From: Tubulanus polymorphus
Lineage: Eukaryota; Animalia; Nemertea
Direction: 5' to 3'
DNA length: 64,000 nt
Assembly: GCF_964204645.1 (NCBI RefSeq)
Contig: NC_134026.1
Coordinates: forward strand, 24,710,150 to 24,774,149
In this document: positions 11,901-24,200 of the stretch, piece after piece
How positions within the stretch are numbered: position 1 is the first letter of the stretch
How the letters are laid out: each line of letters begins with the position of its first letter
Translations under genes and position numbers: made by a program
Notes under the pieces: generated by a model
Database searches by the model: none
Seen by the model: only the letters and a program-made list of their open reading frames with translations
What the model was told of the DNA's origin: nothing

Positions 11901-14900
11901 ATTCTCTTGGTAATCAAAACAGTTTCCTTCACTTTGTAATCCCGGCTTCTTTTCAGTCATTTTTGCTATGCCGCTTATTCTTTGTTAATCTATTTTCGCG
12001 CAATTCAATCATTCCGTCTCGCGTGTAATCAAATTATAACCGATCCATCACGCGCTTCTGTCGTCTGTTCTGATTTTCGTCGAACGTCACCAAAAATTAA
12101 ACCTTTCTCGCGCGCGTAACGTGTAAATTATTGTGAATTTGTCGGCAATATTCCTCATTGAATCGAACATGATACATGACAAATTACCCTTCGGATCATG
12201 ACAGATGATCGGTAAGTGTATAACAAGACAATTAAAATCCGACCTACGGGACTCGTTACCCGTAATACGATATATGTGGCTGGGGACACAGAAAGTAATT
12301 ACACTTCTACAATACTCGTATACGTAAGCTCAATGTTAATTGTTATTTCAATCATGGTTCTTTTTTATTCGGATTTGGGGGTTAATGACAGCATTTCTCG
12401 TGTCATATAACGACGAATTGAGCTGCGATAGAAAATTCGATCGAAGCAGTGGAATCAAAACTCTTGGGCAATCTTCCAAAATATTGATGGCTTTAAAATT
12501 ATGACAAAATATTGAAATGGAAAAATGATTGGCCTGCAGATATACGCAAAAGTAGACGATGAAATGCCCTGGGTAATACGTATAATACATGTTTCGGTTC
12601 AGCTAATATCAATAGAATTTTGGGAGGAAAAGATATGATACGAGAATCATTAGTTTCGCGAGCGCCACAGGGTTAAACACCATGCATAGTTTGATGACTT
12701 GAAAATGTCATAATAGACGCGGCGAAAGCCTTGTTATTGTAAATGGAAAAGCTGGTGCCACAGCAAGCATTGGTACAAATAGCTTTGCAGCTGATGTTAC
12801 TGAGAAATGGGATTTTGTTATTTGAGAAATGGGTATGGACTCATGTATAGTGTGAGGTGCCTGGAGTTGCAAAGCTTGTGAATATTGATGAATATTCACA
12901 CTGGAAACCATAGACGAAACGCGAGTAGATTTGACATCTGAAGGGAATGTATCAAGACTGTCTATATCTGCGACAGTTTCCATTGATTTAAACTTTATAA
13001 AAACAGCGCGTATTCTCGGGAACTGCTAGGGGCAGTGTCATATAATTTACGATGATTGGATCACCCCGAGAGAGATACATGTAGTTACAATACGAAAACA
13101 GTTCTGTTTAGTTGACCACGTCGGTGCCGCGGGTTGTTCACAAGAGAAAGAGTTCAATCGAAATTGTTAATGGCTTCATCTAAGAGACGCCGTGTCGGGT
13201 GACATTAATCAGTTTTGAAATGTAGTTTGCGTTTTGTTTGAAATGACTCGCGTCAGAATTTCGTCGACTTAAAAACGATTTTTCGTGCCACGGAGGCAAT
13301 CAATGCACGTAGAACATCGTCCGTTTTGTTCGTCCCCAATAAAAATTCATAATTGACGCCGTCTGGATCAAAATCGAGTCTTGAATGAACGATATCAAAT
13401 TTATGTCTTCTTCTAGATGGATGAATTTCCACCTGGACGAAAGAAACAATAATGTCACGTTCCGGATTGTCACAAATAATTTATTGACAATTCTCCGTCG
13501 ATGCATAATAAAAGCTTTTAAATGGGAAAGTAGCACGAATTTTGAGAATTCGTGAGCATTGAAATATCGACGGAAAGAGAGGCAATTCTAGATATCATAT
13601 TTCATCATGTCAGGAGTAAGTGCCCAGTGGACGAAAGTCAATGTCTCCGACTCAACCAATGAGCGATATTTGGAATGAGCAATTTTTCATGCAACATTCT
13701 CCGGTGTACTTTCACAAGTATATCATAGGCTGGTGTATAAATTATCAATACTACGAATGCCTGTAGCCACAGGCCTACGACCAATTATAGATAAAAAGTC
13801 ACCTCTATACCTTGAGATTGCACCAAGAATTAAAAGCTGTAACGTAAAGAAACATTCATTTTATACCCTCTAACAGCAGTGGTAGAGATCTGGCAGCCTT
13901 CATTTTGTTTTATAGCGTCTACGTAACGACCGTGTGGATTGAACAGCTGTCGTGAGATACAACTAAACAGGTCAAAGCAGTTCTGTCAATTCAGGCTTTG
14001 TTGCTAGGAAACTCATGTAACTGTTTATTCATTGGATATATTGATAAATGAATTACATTAATTCCGTTTCATGATATAAAAAGAAAAATATCGCTGGGTT
14101 TCGTTACTTAAAACGGGATTTAGATTTCATCGTGGTCAGCTAAAAACGAAAACGATATTGTTCCAACTTTCTAAACGGCCATTGAATACTATAGATAGAT
14201 CGGTCACTTCAACGAAAAAGTCTTCCTCGAAAACTCGAAACACCGGAAAAGACAAAACACTTGCCGATGAGTAGTTTTAATCAATCATATGACGTTCTTT
14301 CTTAGGAAATGTTTTCATCGATACTTGTACTCCAGAAGTTCACCGGGGGCAAGACGCCTTGGCTTTCAATGGAAAAAAAAGTAATCAATACGATCAATTC
14401 ATACGCATCAATTGACTGGAACTACTTCCGCTTAGATGGATGCATCACTTACATTGCATGTTTTATTGGGATGCTTAATTATCTGATGTGTTACCGAGCT
14501 GAAAGACGTGTTTTCAAATGAAATTATTCAGGCTCGGTTTTATTACTCGTTGTTGACGAATACGCAATGTTTAATTCCGAACGCGCAACACGTATAACGT
14601 TAAACTACATCCGTTTATAGTTTCATAATGATTTCATCGATGGGCCTACGGGGTTGATTAGAAAATGTTGACTCACAATGAACCGGTTCATTATTTATTA
14701 AATTAGAAAAAAATAACAAACAATACCACGTTGAGCGTGAACATGACTTTCGCTTGAATTCATTGCCGTCCGCACCGATATGTTGGTGCGGAAAACCGAT
14801 TTTTTTCAACCTCGTTGCACAATGAAATCCTAACAGGGAAACTAATTACGTTTTTCGGGTAAGTCGACGAAGCCCATGAGTCTCCTGAGGGATATTATTG

Positions 14901-15193
14901 GAAAACTTCTAATGGAACAGATAACAAAATCTGATCGTCAGAGAATGGAAAGAGTCATAGCTCTATGGTCAGAGAGAGAGAGGGAGAGAAGGAGAGAGGG
15001 AGCTGGGAGAGAGGGAGAGAGGGAGAGAGGGAGCTGGGAGAGAGGGAGAGAGGGAGAGAGGGAGCTGGGAGAGAGGGAGAGAGGGAGAGAGGGAGCTGGG
15101 AGAGAGGGAGCTGGGAGAGAGGGAGAGAGGGAGCTGGGAGAGAGGGAGGGAGGGAGGGAGGGAGGGAGGGAGGGAGGGAGGGAGGGAGGGAGG

Positions 15194-15235
<42 letters not shown>

Positions 15236-18200
15236 CATATCACAACTATTTGAATCGCAGTATCGCTCCAGATAACGGCTCGCGCATTATTTTCTAATTA
15301 CACAGTAGAAACAAGCAGCACTCGATTAGATATTAAGTACAGATACGTATATCATCTACGAAAACGTGTCATTAGGGAAATCTTGCGACTGCGACTCTAT
15401 TTCTATCTTTTTTTCTATCTCATAAAATGAAAACTGCACGTCTGTTTTCTTTTGAGATCTGGTCTTTATCTCTCTGGGAATTGATCACACGGAGGGTTGA
15501 AACCAATGATTTTTGTCTATATGTCGTCAAAGCGAATCAAATGTTTGATAGGAAATGTCACGGAAAGTATTCTTTATACTTACTTAAACTCCGATATCGT
15601 TTCATCTGGTTGGCATCTTTATGCGCCGGTGAATTGTTAGCGGATTTCGACCCGCTGTAAGGTTTAGGCAATTCTTGCTCGGCGATGTTGTTAACGCATT
15701 TATTTTTCAGGTTTAGACTGGCCAGAGAAAGAATCTGCGTCACGCTCGCCGAGCTCTTCTCGTCGTGGACCTGCAAGGTGTACCACTTAGGAACGTCTAA
15801 AACATTTGCATCGCATAGTTTTAAGTGCACTTCTCCGAGAAAGGCATTTTCTCTGTGGGGATAATAATCCCATATAGTTATTTCCAAACTGTGTGAATAA
15901 AACTAGAATAAAAAGGATACCCGTTAGTAGATGACGCACAATAAGGTATTTCTGATAGGTTTTACCAGGAAGGTCACCTTCCTGGTTTTACCATGGACTT
16001 TCGTTTAGAGTCTGTGGTGCTAACAAGTTAATATATTGACGTCATTGAATCATTAGAGTATCGGTACTTACTTCGTCTTCCGTGACGTTCGAAAACACAT
16101 GCGTATGATCCCAAACTGGTTCAGAATTCATGAACTGCGTTTGTGATTTAAAACAATCGTTTGCGCTGAAAATTACCGTCAATTATTACTACGAATTCAT
16201 ATCGTACCAAGTGTCTATTTACGAAAGGTTGAAATTAATGTCTAAAATTGCAACTCAAACATTCGTTGTTTTTCAAATCAAAATTATCCGGCTACTTTTA
16301 CCCAAAGGTGATGCGTATTATCTGAATTTTCTGGTTTCTATCGCTTTCCATCATCGCGTGACTCACCTCCTTTGTGGTAAAAGATATATTTTTACATATG
16401 GATTCGGTAGGACTGAATTTTCACCGGTGCTTCTAGCTTGCAGTCCTTGCGCTTGGATGGCTGTGACAGTAAGTGTTGCCGCCTCATCATTAAACCAGAG
16501 TTGTAGTTGAACATTGCCAGCAACATGAGTGCTACAACTCTTAAGCTCGTGCTGAAAATGCGATGTCATTTTCAATGTACGACTTATGTTACCATATCAA
16601 TGGACAAGGACTGCTGAAATTTGGCCCTATGCGTCTCAAACCGGCTTTTTAGCGAATGGATGCGGGCCTCGTGAATATTTTTTCATCGAGGCTTACCGCA
16701 CCGTTATGGCACGACAGATTTAGAATTCAACCGTTGATGTACTAGGGGAACTTATAGTTCTATGCTGCTATATTTTCCCCGCAATTCTAAATTGCACCGC
16801 GGGAGGGGAGGTTATTTTGCTGGCAGTGTTTAATTAACGATTTGTGTTTGAGAAAAATCGCTACAAATTCAATTTTGCAGCGGTTATTGCCTCACAACAT
16901 TTAGTGCTGGGATTCGTGATTGCAAATCAGCGGCGATCCTAATGACATGATGAACGAACATTACATTCCACATGAGCGTGGCTGGTGATGGAACTATTTT
17001 TCATACGTGGGAATACAAAATCATTTGAGATTCTGGCCTTAAGCAGCATCATTGTAATTAACGATCGATGATGCTAGATTAAATTAACAGTAAATTGATG
17101 TAGTAACTGCTATTGGTTTTAGACCGGTTCAGTTTTCAACATTTATCAATGGTGGTCGATTAGCGCCAGTTAAGCCGTAGCATAATAAGCATCAACAGAG
17201 ATGACTTACGGAACAAATCTTAACGAACATTAACGTTCCAAATAAGAAATCTAAATTCAAAATACACGTCACGTTGCCTTTCATCAGTTTAGACACTTAA
17301 AACCGTTAAAATGTCGTTTCTGTCGCAGCCACTTACACTAGCCTTTTCTGGTAAGAGTTCTTAGTGAATATTGGTCGTGCGAAAATTCATTTGCGATACA
17401 ATCGACAAGCGTTTTGACGAGACGCACGCAATAGCGAACTTACTGTAGCAACAAATTCTCCAGGGAATTCGTATTGTTCAACTAAGAAGACAGTCATTTC
17501 AGTGTTCGATTACTATATTTACAACTACTACTACCCCCGTCAGTAATTTACATCACAAACATTCAGCTCTTCAGACTGCAAAATTGATTTATCGAGAATT
17601 ACAGACGCGCACTCATTTGAAATCCTAATAATTACCCAGTTAAGAATCAATATATAAACCCTCTTTAATTGCTGATAATAATACGCAATTAATAGACATC
17701 TTTCTTGGAACATCTACTCCTTGATATTGATACTATGGCATTTTCTCGTCGTGGATGAACCATTTAGTTTGAATTTCTTTTAGATGATGTTTTTTCATCA
17801 AATATCCCCGAGTGGTTTCTAGAGAGTTTGAAGTTTGCGTCGATAAAATGAATTCATTTATTACATCCATAATATTGCGTTCGTGGTCCAATGCACATAG
17901 TGTCGTCGCCAGTATTTTGGCAACTAACAATAAATCACTCTTATCTTTCCAGATGAAGAAAGTTTGTTTCCAACTGTCGTTTTACAATTTTGATCGATGG
18001 AATGAAGTTTATTGCGTGGTGTCTGCAATAACCATCAAAACTATGTTACAGTTTGATATTGATCGCAGAAACAAACAAAAATCTTCCTCTATGTGTGATT
18101 TCAAAGTAATGTATATTTAATTTTTTTTCAGCATTTGGGCCACCATACTTACAGGTGTTTTCGGCAATTTTCTTCTACGTCTTCGTCCACCTTCACTTTT

Positions 18201-21200
18201 CGGTGTACTCTCTTGACTCGAACCTAGTCGATAACAACGTCACGAATCACATACAGACTCAACAGGAAGAAAACGTACTTACGGTGAAATATGATTGCAA
18301 TTATAAATAGAAGGATTCCTTATAAGGTAATGGTGTTGATTTCTTTGAATACAGTTATATTTACCAGAATGTCTTGCAGAAGTCGGTTCGGATACAACGC
18401 CTGTCTCATTTGGATGTCTTATAAGAAAGAACATTTCATCAAAATTGTTATCGTAAATCTTAGTATATTGTTCAAGTATAAGCATATAAGTTTTGAAATT
18501 CGGTTCTCACCGTAAATTATGCATTATGTCGTGGTTTGATTTTGCAATAAGTTGGTGATTCTTATCAAATGTAGAATCTGCAGACAGTTGGCAATCCCAC
18601 GTATGGATTTGGTCAACTAAAATACAATAAGATATATAATGCCGTACGTAGATATAGAGTAGATATATTAATGTCGATGAGCCCAGAAATGAAGAAAGAT
18701 GAATACCGTCGTGTCAGGAATCTATACGTTATTCAAATTGCAGCAATACTTGGTAGATTCAAAATGTCGATGTCAATATATATATGTATTAGTAAAAATG
18801 CATGTATCTTTTATACTTATGTTGACAATATTCGACTGGCAAACTGCAATATTTGCAGTGTATTTAATTAGCGTTTGTTTCTTTCTGACACGTTGGCTCT
18901 GTTCTGAGAATAAGACAAAGACGCTTGCGGTTACGAACAGCGCAATATTTGAGATGTCAACCGAAGATTTGCCGATAGCGTTCGTTCAGTACGCACTGGA
19001 TCATGAATTTATTTTAACAATACGGATATCCGTTGACGATGGGTGATAATATTCCACAACTCACGGCGGGTATAAGAAAGTCGTTCGTTCAATACATATA
19101 ACTCAATAAGCAATAATCCATCTTATACCTATTTTGATATTGCCTTGCACCGCGACAGGTACTGCTCTTTCAGATGCATATGAACCTAATCGACCGTCAT
19201 TGCCAACTTTCCCTTTCAAACCTGCAAATGATAAAGGTGCACCACGCAGCTTACAAAGTGAAGTATGTTCGTCGGCTAATTTTGAATCGGAGGTATCTCA
19301 CTGTTTTGCGGAACAACCACACCCTCGGAAACTCACTAAAATGCTATTCATCACTACCGGATCCCACACGTAAAATCTTACAAGATCATACAAGTCTGTT
19401 ATCTGATGGCTAATTTGCCTCATGCCGTCGGCAAGATCGGATGACAACGTGGGTAGTTAGTTTTAGGTCTACGCACGCAATCAGAATAGAAACCAGTATT
19501 TGAACCATGGCCAGTTTTGGGCGTTTCGTTTTCTAAGTAGCATTATTCATAGCAAAGATGACGACACAAAAGGCTTGTCGGGTTTATCATTAATTCAGAT
19601 GGCTCAGCGACTGTGGTTGATACGTGTTCAGACAAGCATCAGATTATTTAAGTTCTACCAATTGAACTGTTTGGCCAATGGTGCTAGCCGAGCAGAAAGT
19701 CCACCATCATGTGACGAAGTAGATAAAGCAACCCCCTTAGGCACGTCTGATACCAGCCCGATACTTAGTTACTGGTATAGATTGGTTAGGGCACTGTATC
19801 CAATCGACACTCGAAATTGATGATGATGCCATTTTAGATGATAGCTGAAGAACACGCCGGAGAAAGACTTCGTATTCAGCTCTGGTTAGCGCATCATTAC
19901 TCATTCCAGCATACTATCTTATTCATCTTACATTCTACCTACGAGGAATTCTCCCCGAGCGTCGATCATCTTTGGAATGAACACGATTCTTTATCATGTC
20001 TGAATTGTGTATGGAAATATGTTGCAATATATATTGGAAAATTGTTACGTCAACTGATATGTATTTACAAAATTATTCAAAAATATGATATAGAAAATGA
20101 CTGCCTTAGAAGCCTTAAACCCGGTATCCCTCATTGATATACGTATTATGCCAGCCGCCCCTGTTGATTTAATCTCAGCTACGAAGGCGTGTGCCCGATG
20201 GGATTTATCGGCATTAGTTGCAGAGGTCGGAGCAAATTGAAATTAAGAGTACATACTTCTCGGAAATCTCTCGTTTCTTCCTTTGTTGACTTGCTGGTCA
20301 GTGACGACATTGCGACCTAAATCACAATGATGATAATTGGCCACAAAAGTACATACTTTTCTAATTGATGAGATCTGTTTAACATCTTCATAGCTTAAGG
20401 CTAATAAGTGAAATACTGATGACAAAATATGTATCACGTACATTTTGTAATTGCTTTGAATGTATCACGGTTGATATCATTACAACGTGGAGAGTTCCTA
20501 CGCTGTAACTGTTCGTGTCGTTTAACCATGTCCTCGTCTGGTGACCGCTTGAGGGGTTTCGATACTGGACGGGGACACGGTGCCTTATTACCTCTATCCT
20601 GCGAGGACTTCCTGATGGCGGAATGATCGGTGAACGTACCGTTAGTATCAGTATCGACAGTACTAACCGGAGGCTGATGTATGATTATATCACGGGCCGT
20701 CGAATTTGACGACATCGCTTCATCCGTTTGAACGGTTAGTTCCTTTTCATGTTGAGATAAATCTGATGAAGAGGACGATAAAGAACGATATATACCTTTA
20801 GGAATACTGTTTGTACACGATAAATCAGAAGGATATGAAACAGACGAGGTGTCCGTTCCGTATATATTTGTTCCTATTTGTTCATCAGTCCCCGTCACTG
20901 TCCCGGATTGTTCCGTACTTTGTGTATCGGCACTGTTTTCGGAATCTTGGCTCTTGCACATCAGAGTGTTATCTAGATTTTTCGTCTTTCGTTTAATCGG
21001 TTTTAAAGTCATGTCACCGAATGCTTGCGTCGTAAGATTATTCAGATTATTGACTATTAACAGATCATCTACTTTATCAGTCGTTTTGTTATCGACGTCT
21101 GTTTCTGATGAGTTCGTTAAATTGCAGTTTTTTGCCGCCCTCAGATTGTTATTTCGTATATCGTTCGGTTTCGAAGGGCTTCGATTACGTATGGCACGTT

Positions 21201-24200
21201 TACGAACCATATTTTTGTTCAGGCGGTCTGGGTCGATATTGTTTTGCTGTAGGAATATGTCGTCTCTTTGATCAAACGACAGTGACCGCGGGCGAGTAAC
21301 TTTACGATGTTCCGGAGATAACGATTGACTTTCACGAATTCGTGCTTTAAGAACATCTTCAGTGTTTGCTCGGGGTCGACAGCTACGCATATCGTTTTCC
21401 CGCCACTTTCTCTGATTGAAATTCGAATAATCCGCAGTATTTCCAGAAGTTTCCTTCACCCGGTCGCTAAGCTTATTAGATGTCGATTCGGTTGAATGTT
21501 TATGTGCAACAACGACGGCACATTCTTCAGCTGACTTCTCTACAGGGGGCTTTCGCCTCGCGGGGGACCTTGAAGGCCTTTCAACCTGCTGCGGTGGAGA
21601 GTCTGGTTGAGATTTTGATGTCGATTCGTCATTAGAAATATTTGAATTTGAACTACTCGACGGGCCGGACATATTCGAAATTGAAGCACTCGTTGCCACT
21701 TCATCCGGATCATCAACACTATGACTGCTGCTGGTCAGTCGATAAATACTTGAAGTAACAGAGACGAGACTCTTCAAAGTCCACAGAGAACGACTGTTAT
21801 CGCTCTGGTTAATGTTGATGTCACTGTAGGAAGCTGTTCGAAGCGGCGGGCTCTGTGGATAAGATTGAAAATAGACTATAAAGTACGTACAGGCCATAAT
21901 TCATCAAGTCAATTATCTGATGTGGGGGGCTGTCACAAAATGTTCACCATTAACAATCTTCGAGAAGATGGGAACTGACTAATTTGATGAGACAATCTTC
22001 GGAATGAATAGGCTCATGCAGATCCAATACGTTTTGAGTGACACAATCTTTGATTCCCTCAACAAGAGGTAGACGAAGAATCTACGAAGAATGGAATTTA
22101 ATTACACATTCGTGCTGAACTGATAATAATAGAATAAACCCCAGGGTTATGCATAGGTGAGATGGATAGACGTATGGTTGATACAAAACTTCATTACAAG
22201 CGAAATTACTAGTCAGCGTGAATGAAATATTATCATTATAAGACACTGGACGTCATCTTCAATATGAATTGTCGACTGGGATCAATCAAAAATCCCGATG
22301 CGGTTGTTGAAATTATTTGTAGTTCGTGATTCATTATATTGATATACCGACATCATCAACCGCATTAACATATGAGTGCGTTGGCGAACCTAGTTCAAAC
22401 ATGAAGCATCGATGAATTAAACAAAATATGCCATGCGTGATACCTTTTCTTTATCCTTTTCTGATTTGAATGATGACGACGTTTTTAACGGTCGCTTTTG
22501 CATCCACGTATCTTCTGGATCAACAGCCGTCTGTTCTGAATGTCCATGGTACCATTGACCGCTTTTGCAAGCGTATTCCCGCTTAATGTGACACAGGCGA
22601 CATCGCCATTTCGTCTGAAAATAACGTCAACAGTTATTTGCATTCGTATCAATCAGACGTGGAAAAAACATCGGATAATAGCGACTGGTCCAGAATCCAA
22701 TGGATTAGAGATTGTTTACATAAAATCCCCAGAGGTCAATTCTCTTTCAGGTTCGGTTTCAAAATCATTAGGACTAGATGAAGACAGGACTACCAAACAC
22801 TTCGAGCAATTAACTGATTGAGTGTTTCAGAACATCGGGCCGTTTGATAAATGAACCGAGTCAACAAGAGAAGATCAACCTTAGAGGACGAAAACCAACA
22901 GTTTTACGGTGCGGATCATTTCTGACGATAATTCTTAATCCGTAACACACCGTGATCAAGTTGAATAACTATTTATATATTCGATCAGTAAAACATCGTG
23001 CATCGGATGCATCATGATAGTTTCTGGGTATTCGTAAAGATACTAATGTAATGTCGATAATATTGACACTAGAAGGCGTCGAGTTCCGGTACTTTCACGA
23101 TTAATTCGCGAAGGTAAAATACGGCATGCATGTTAAAATTCCCCATGTACAAAACATCACTTCAACCGCCAATTACTGCAACGGGAATGTCACCGTGATT
23201 CCCTATATCGTATTGATGGTGCATAAAAACGATATGAGTGCGGTACCATAAGGATTTTGAGATATGTCTCTATGGTGTAACTTTCTTACCCGAACTTGTT
23301 TGCTAAGTGGGTCCACTCTCACGTACATGCCGCAACGGCTACAAATGCGTTGTCCACACTCGTAACAGTGTCGTCCGATACGTTCGACGAATTTCGTCTT
23401 AAAACACAGTCGGCAAAGATTCAAAATTGCAGCTTGACGAAGAGGATTCATCGATGAAATATTGATTTTGATCGTTTCTTCCATCTTCTCGATCTCTCGT
23501 TTTAAGGCCCTGTTCAAAAAGGATCATGCATATCACGCATCTTACATCGTTATTATTTTGCCATAAGGACCAGAATAACAAAAGCATGCCAAAAATATAC
23601 CCCTCACGAGTAGGAGAACCGAAAATGCATTTTGTACATGACGTCACCGGAAAAGGTAGGGAGACCTACTTGTGCCAACATAAACTTGAATTGCCAGTGT
23701 ATAAGTGGTGGGATATTTGCTCAGTACACGACAAGCTATTTCCATCAAAACAGTCTCTGGGTGACAGAAGTGTATATAGCATTCTCTTTCCCTGCCGGCG
23801 AATGGTCATCGATACAGTACTGACAGGACAGGCAACGATTTATTACCAGGGTATATGTACGTACGGTACAAAATAACTTGAGGTCTATCAGGATGAATGT
23901 CGGCAATGACCTCTTGTTTACCTTTTGCCGGAATAGCCAAAAATCATCACGGAATTGTGTCTATCAATATTGTGTTATTCATATATGGCCATGTGGAATA
24001 TTGTCAGACATGAGGATAAACCCTCTTTCGGTTTGGGTTCGTGATCGCGACCCACGATCGTATCTTACGAGTTAAAAGCTTTCATCAAATTGCATTGATA
24101 GATTTCTAAATCCCGTCCTTCAGATCAGTAGAGTTCAATTGTGGGTCGTGTACGTAACTCACGTGAAAATGGTGAACGTTTGTTGTAAAATGGAAAATAA

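Noticed and set aside
12660-12676. piggyBac-like end cagggTTAA
   Set aside because: No matching left terminus found.
12708-12983. 91-aa Ser/Thr-rich minus-strand ORF in an intron of the RIM/Fife-like gene
   Set aside because: Weak acceptor, no in-phase donor and no motif; an alternative terminal exon cannot be supported without RNA data.
14876-15297. Four ORFs of 89-125 aa rich in ERG or SLP
   Set aside because: Translations of the GA-rich repeat.
21950-22081. Short open frame with an acceptor upstream of the large RIM/Fife-like exon
   Set aside because: Stops in all three frames and no usable donor; the acceptor at 21852 fits the phase.
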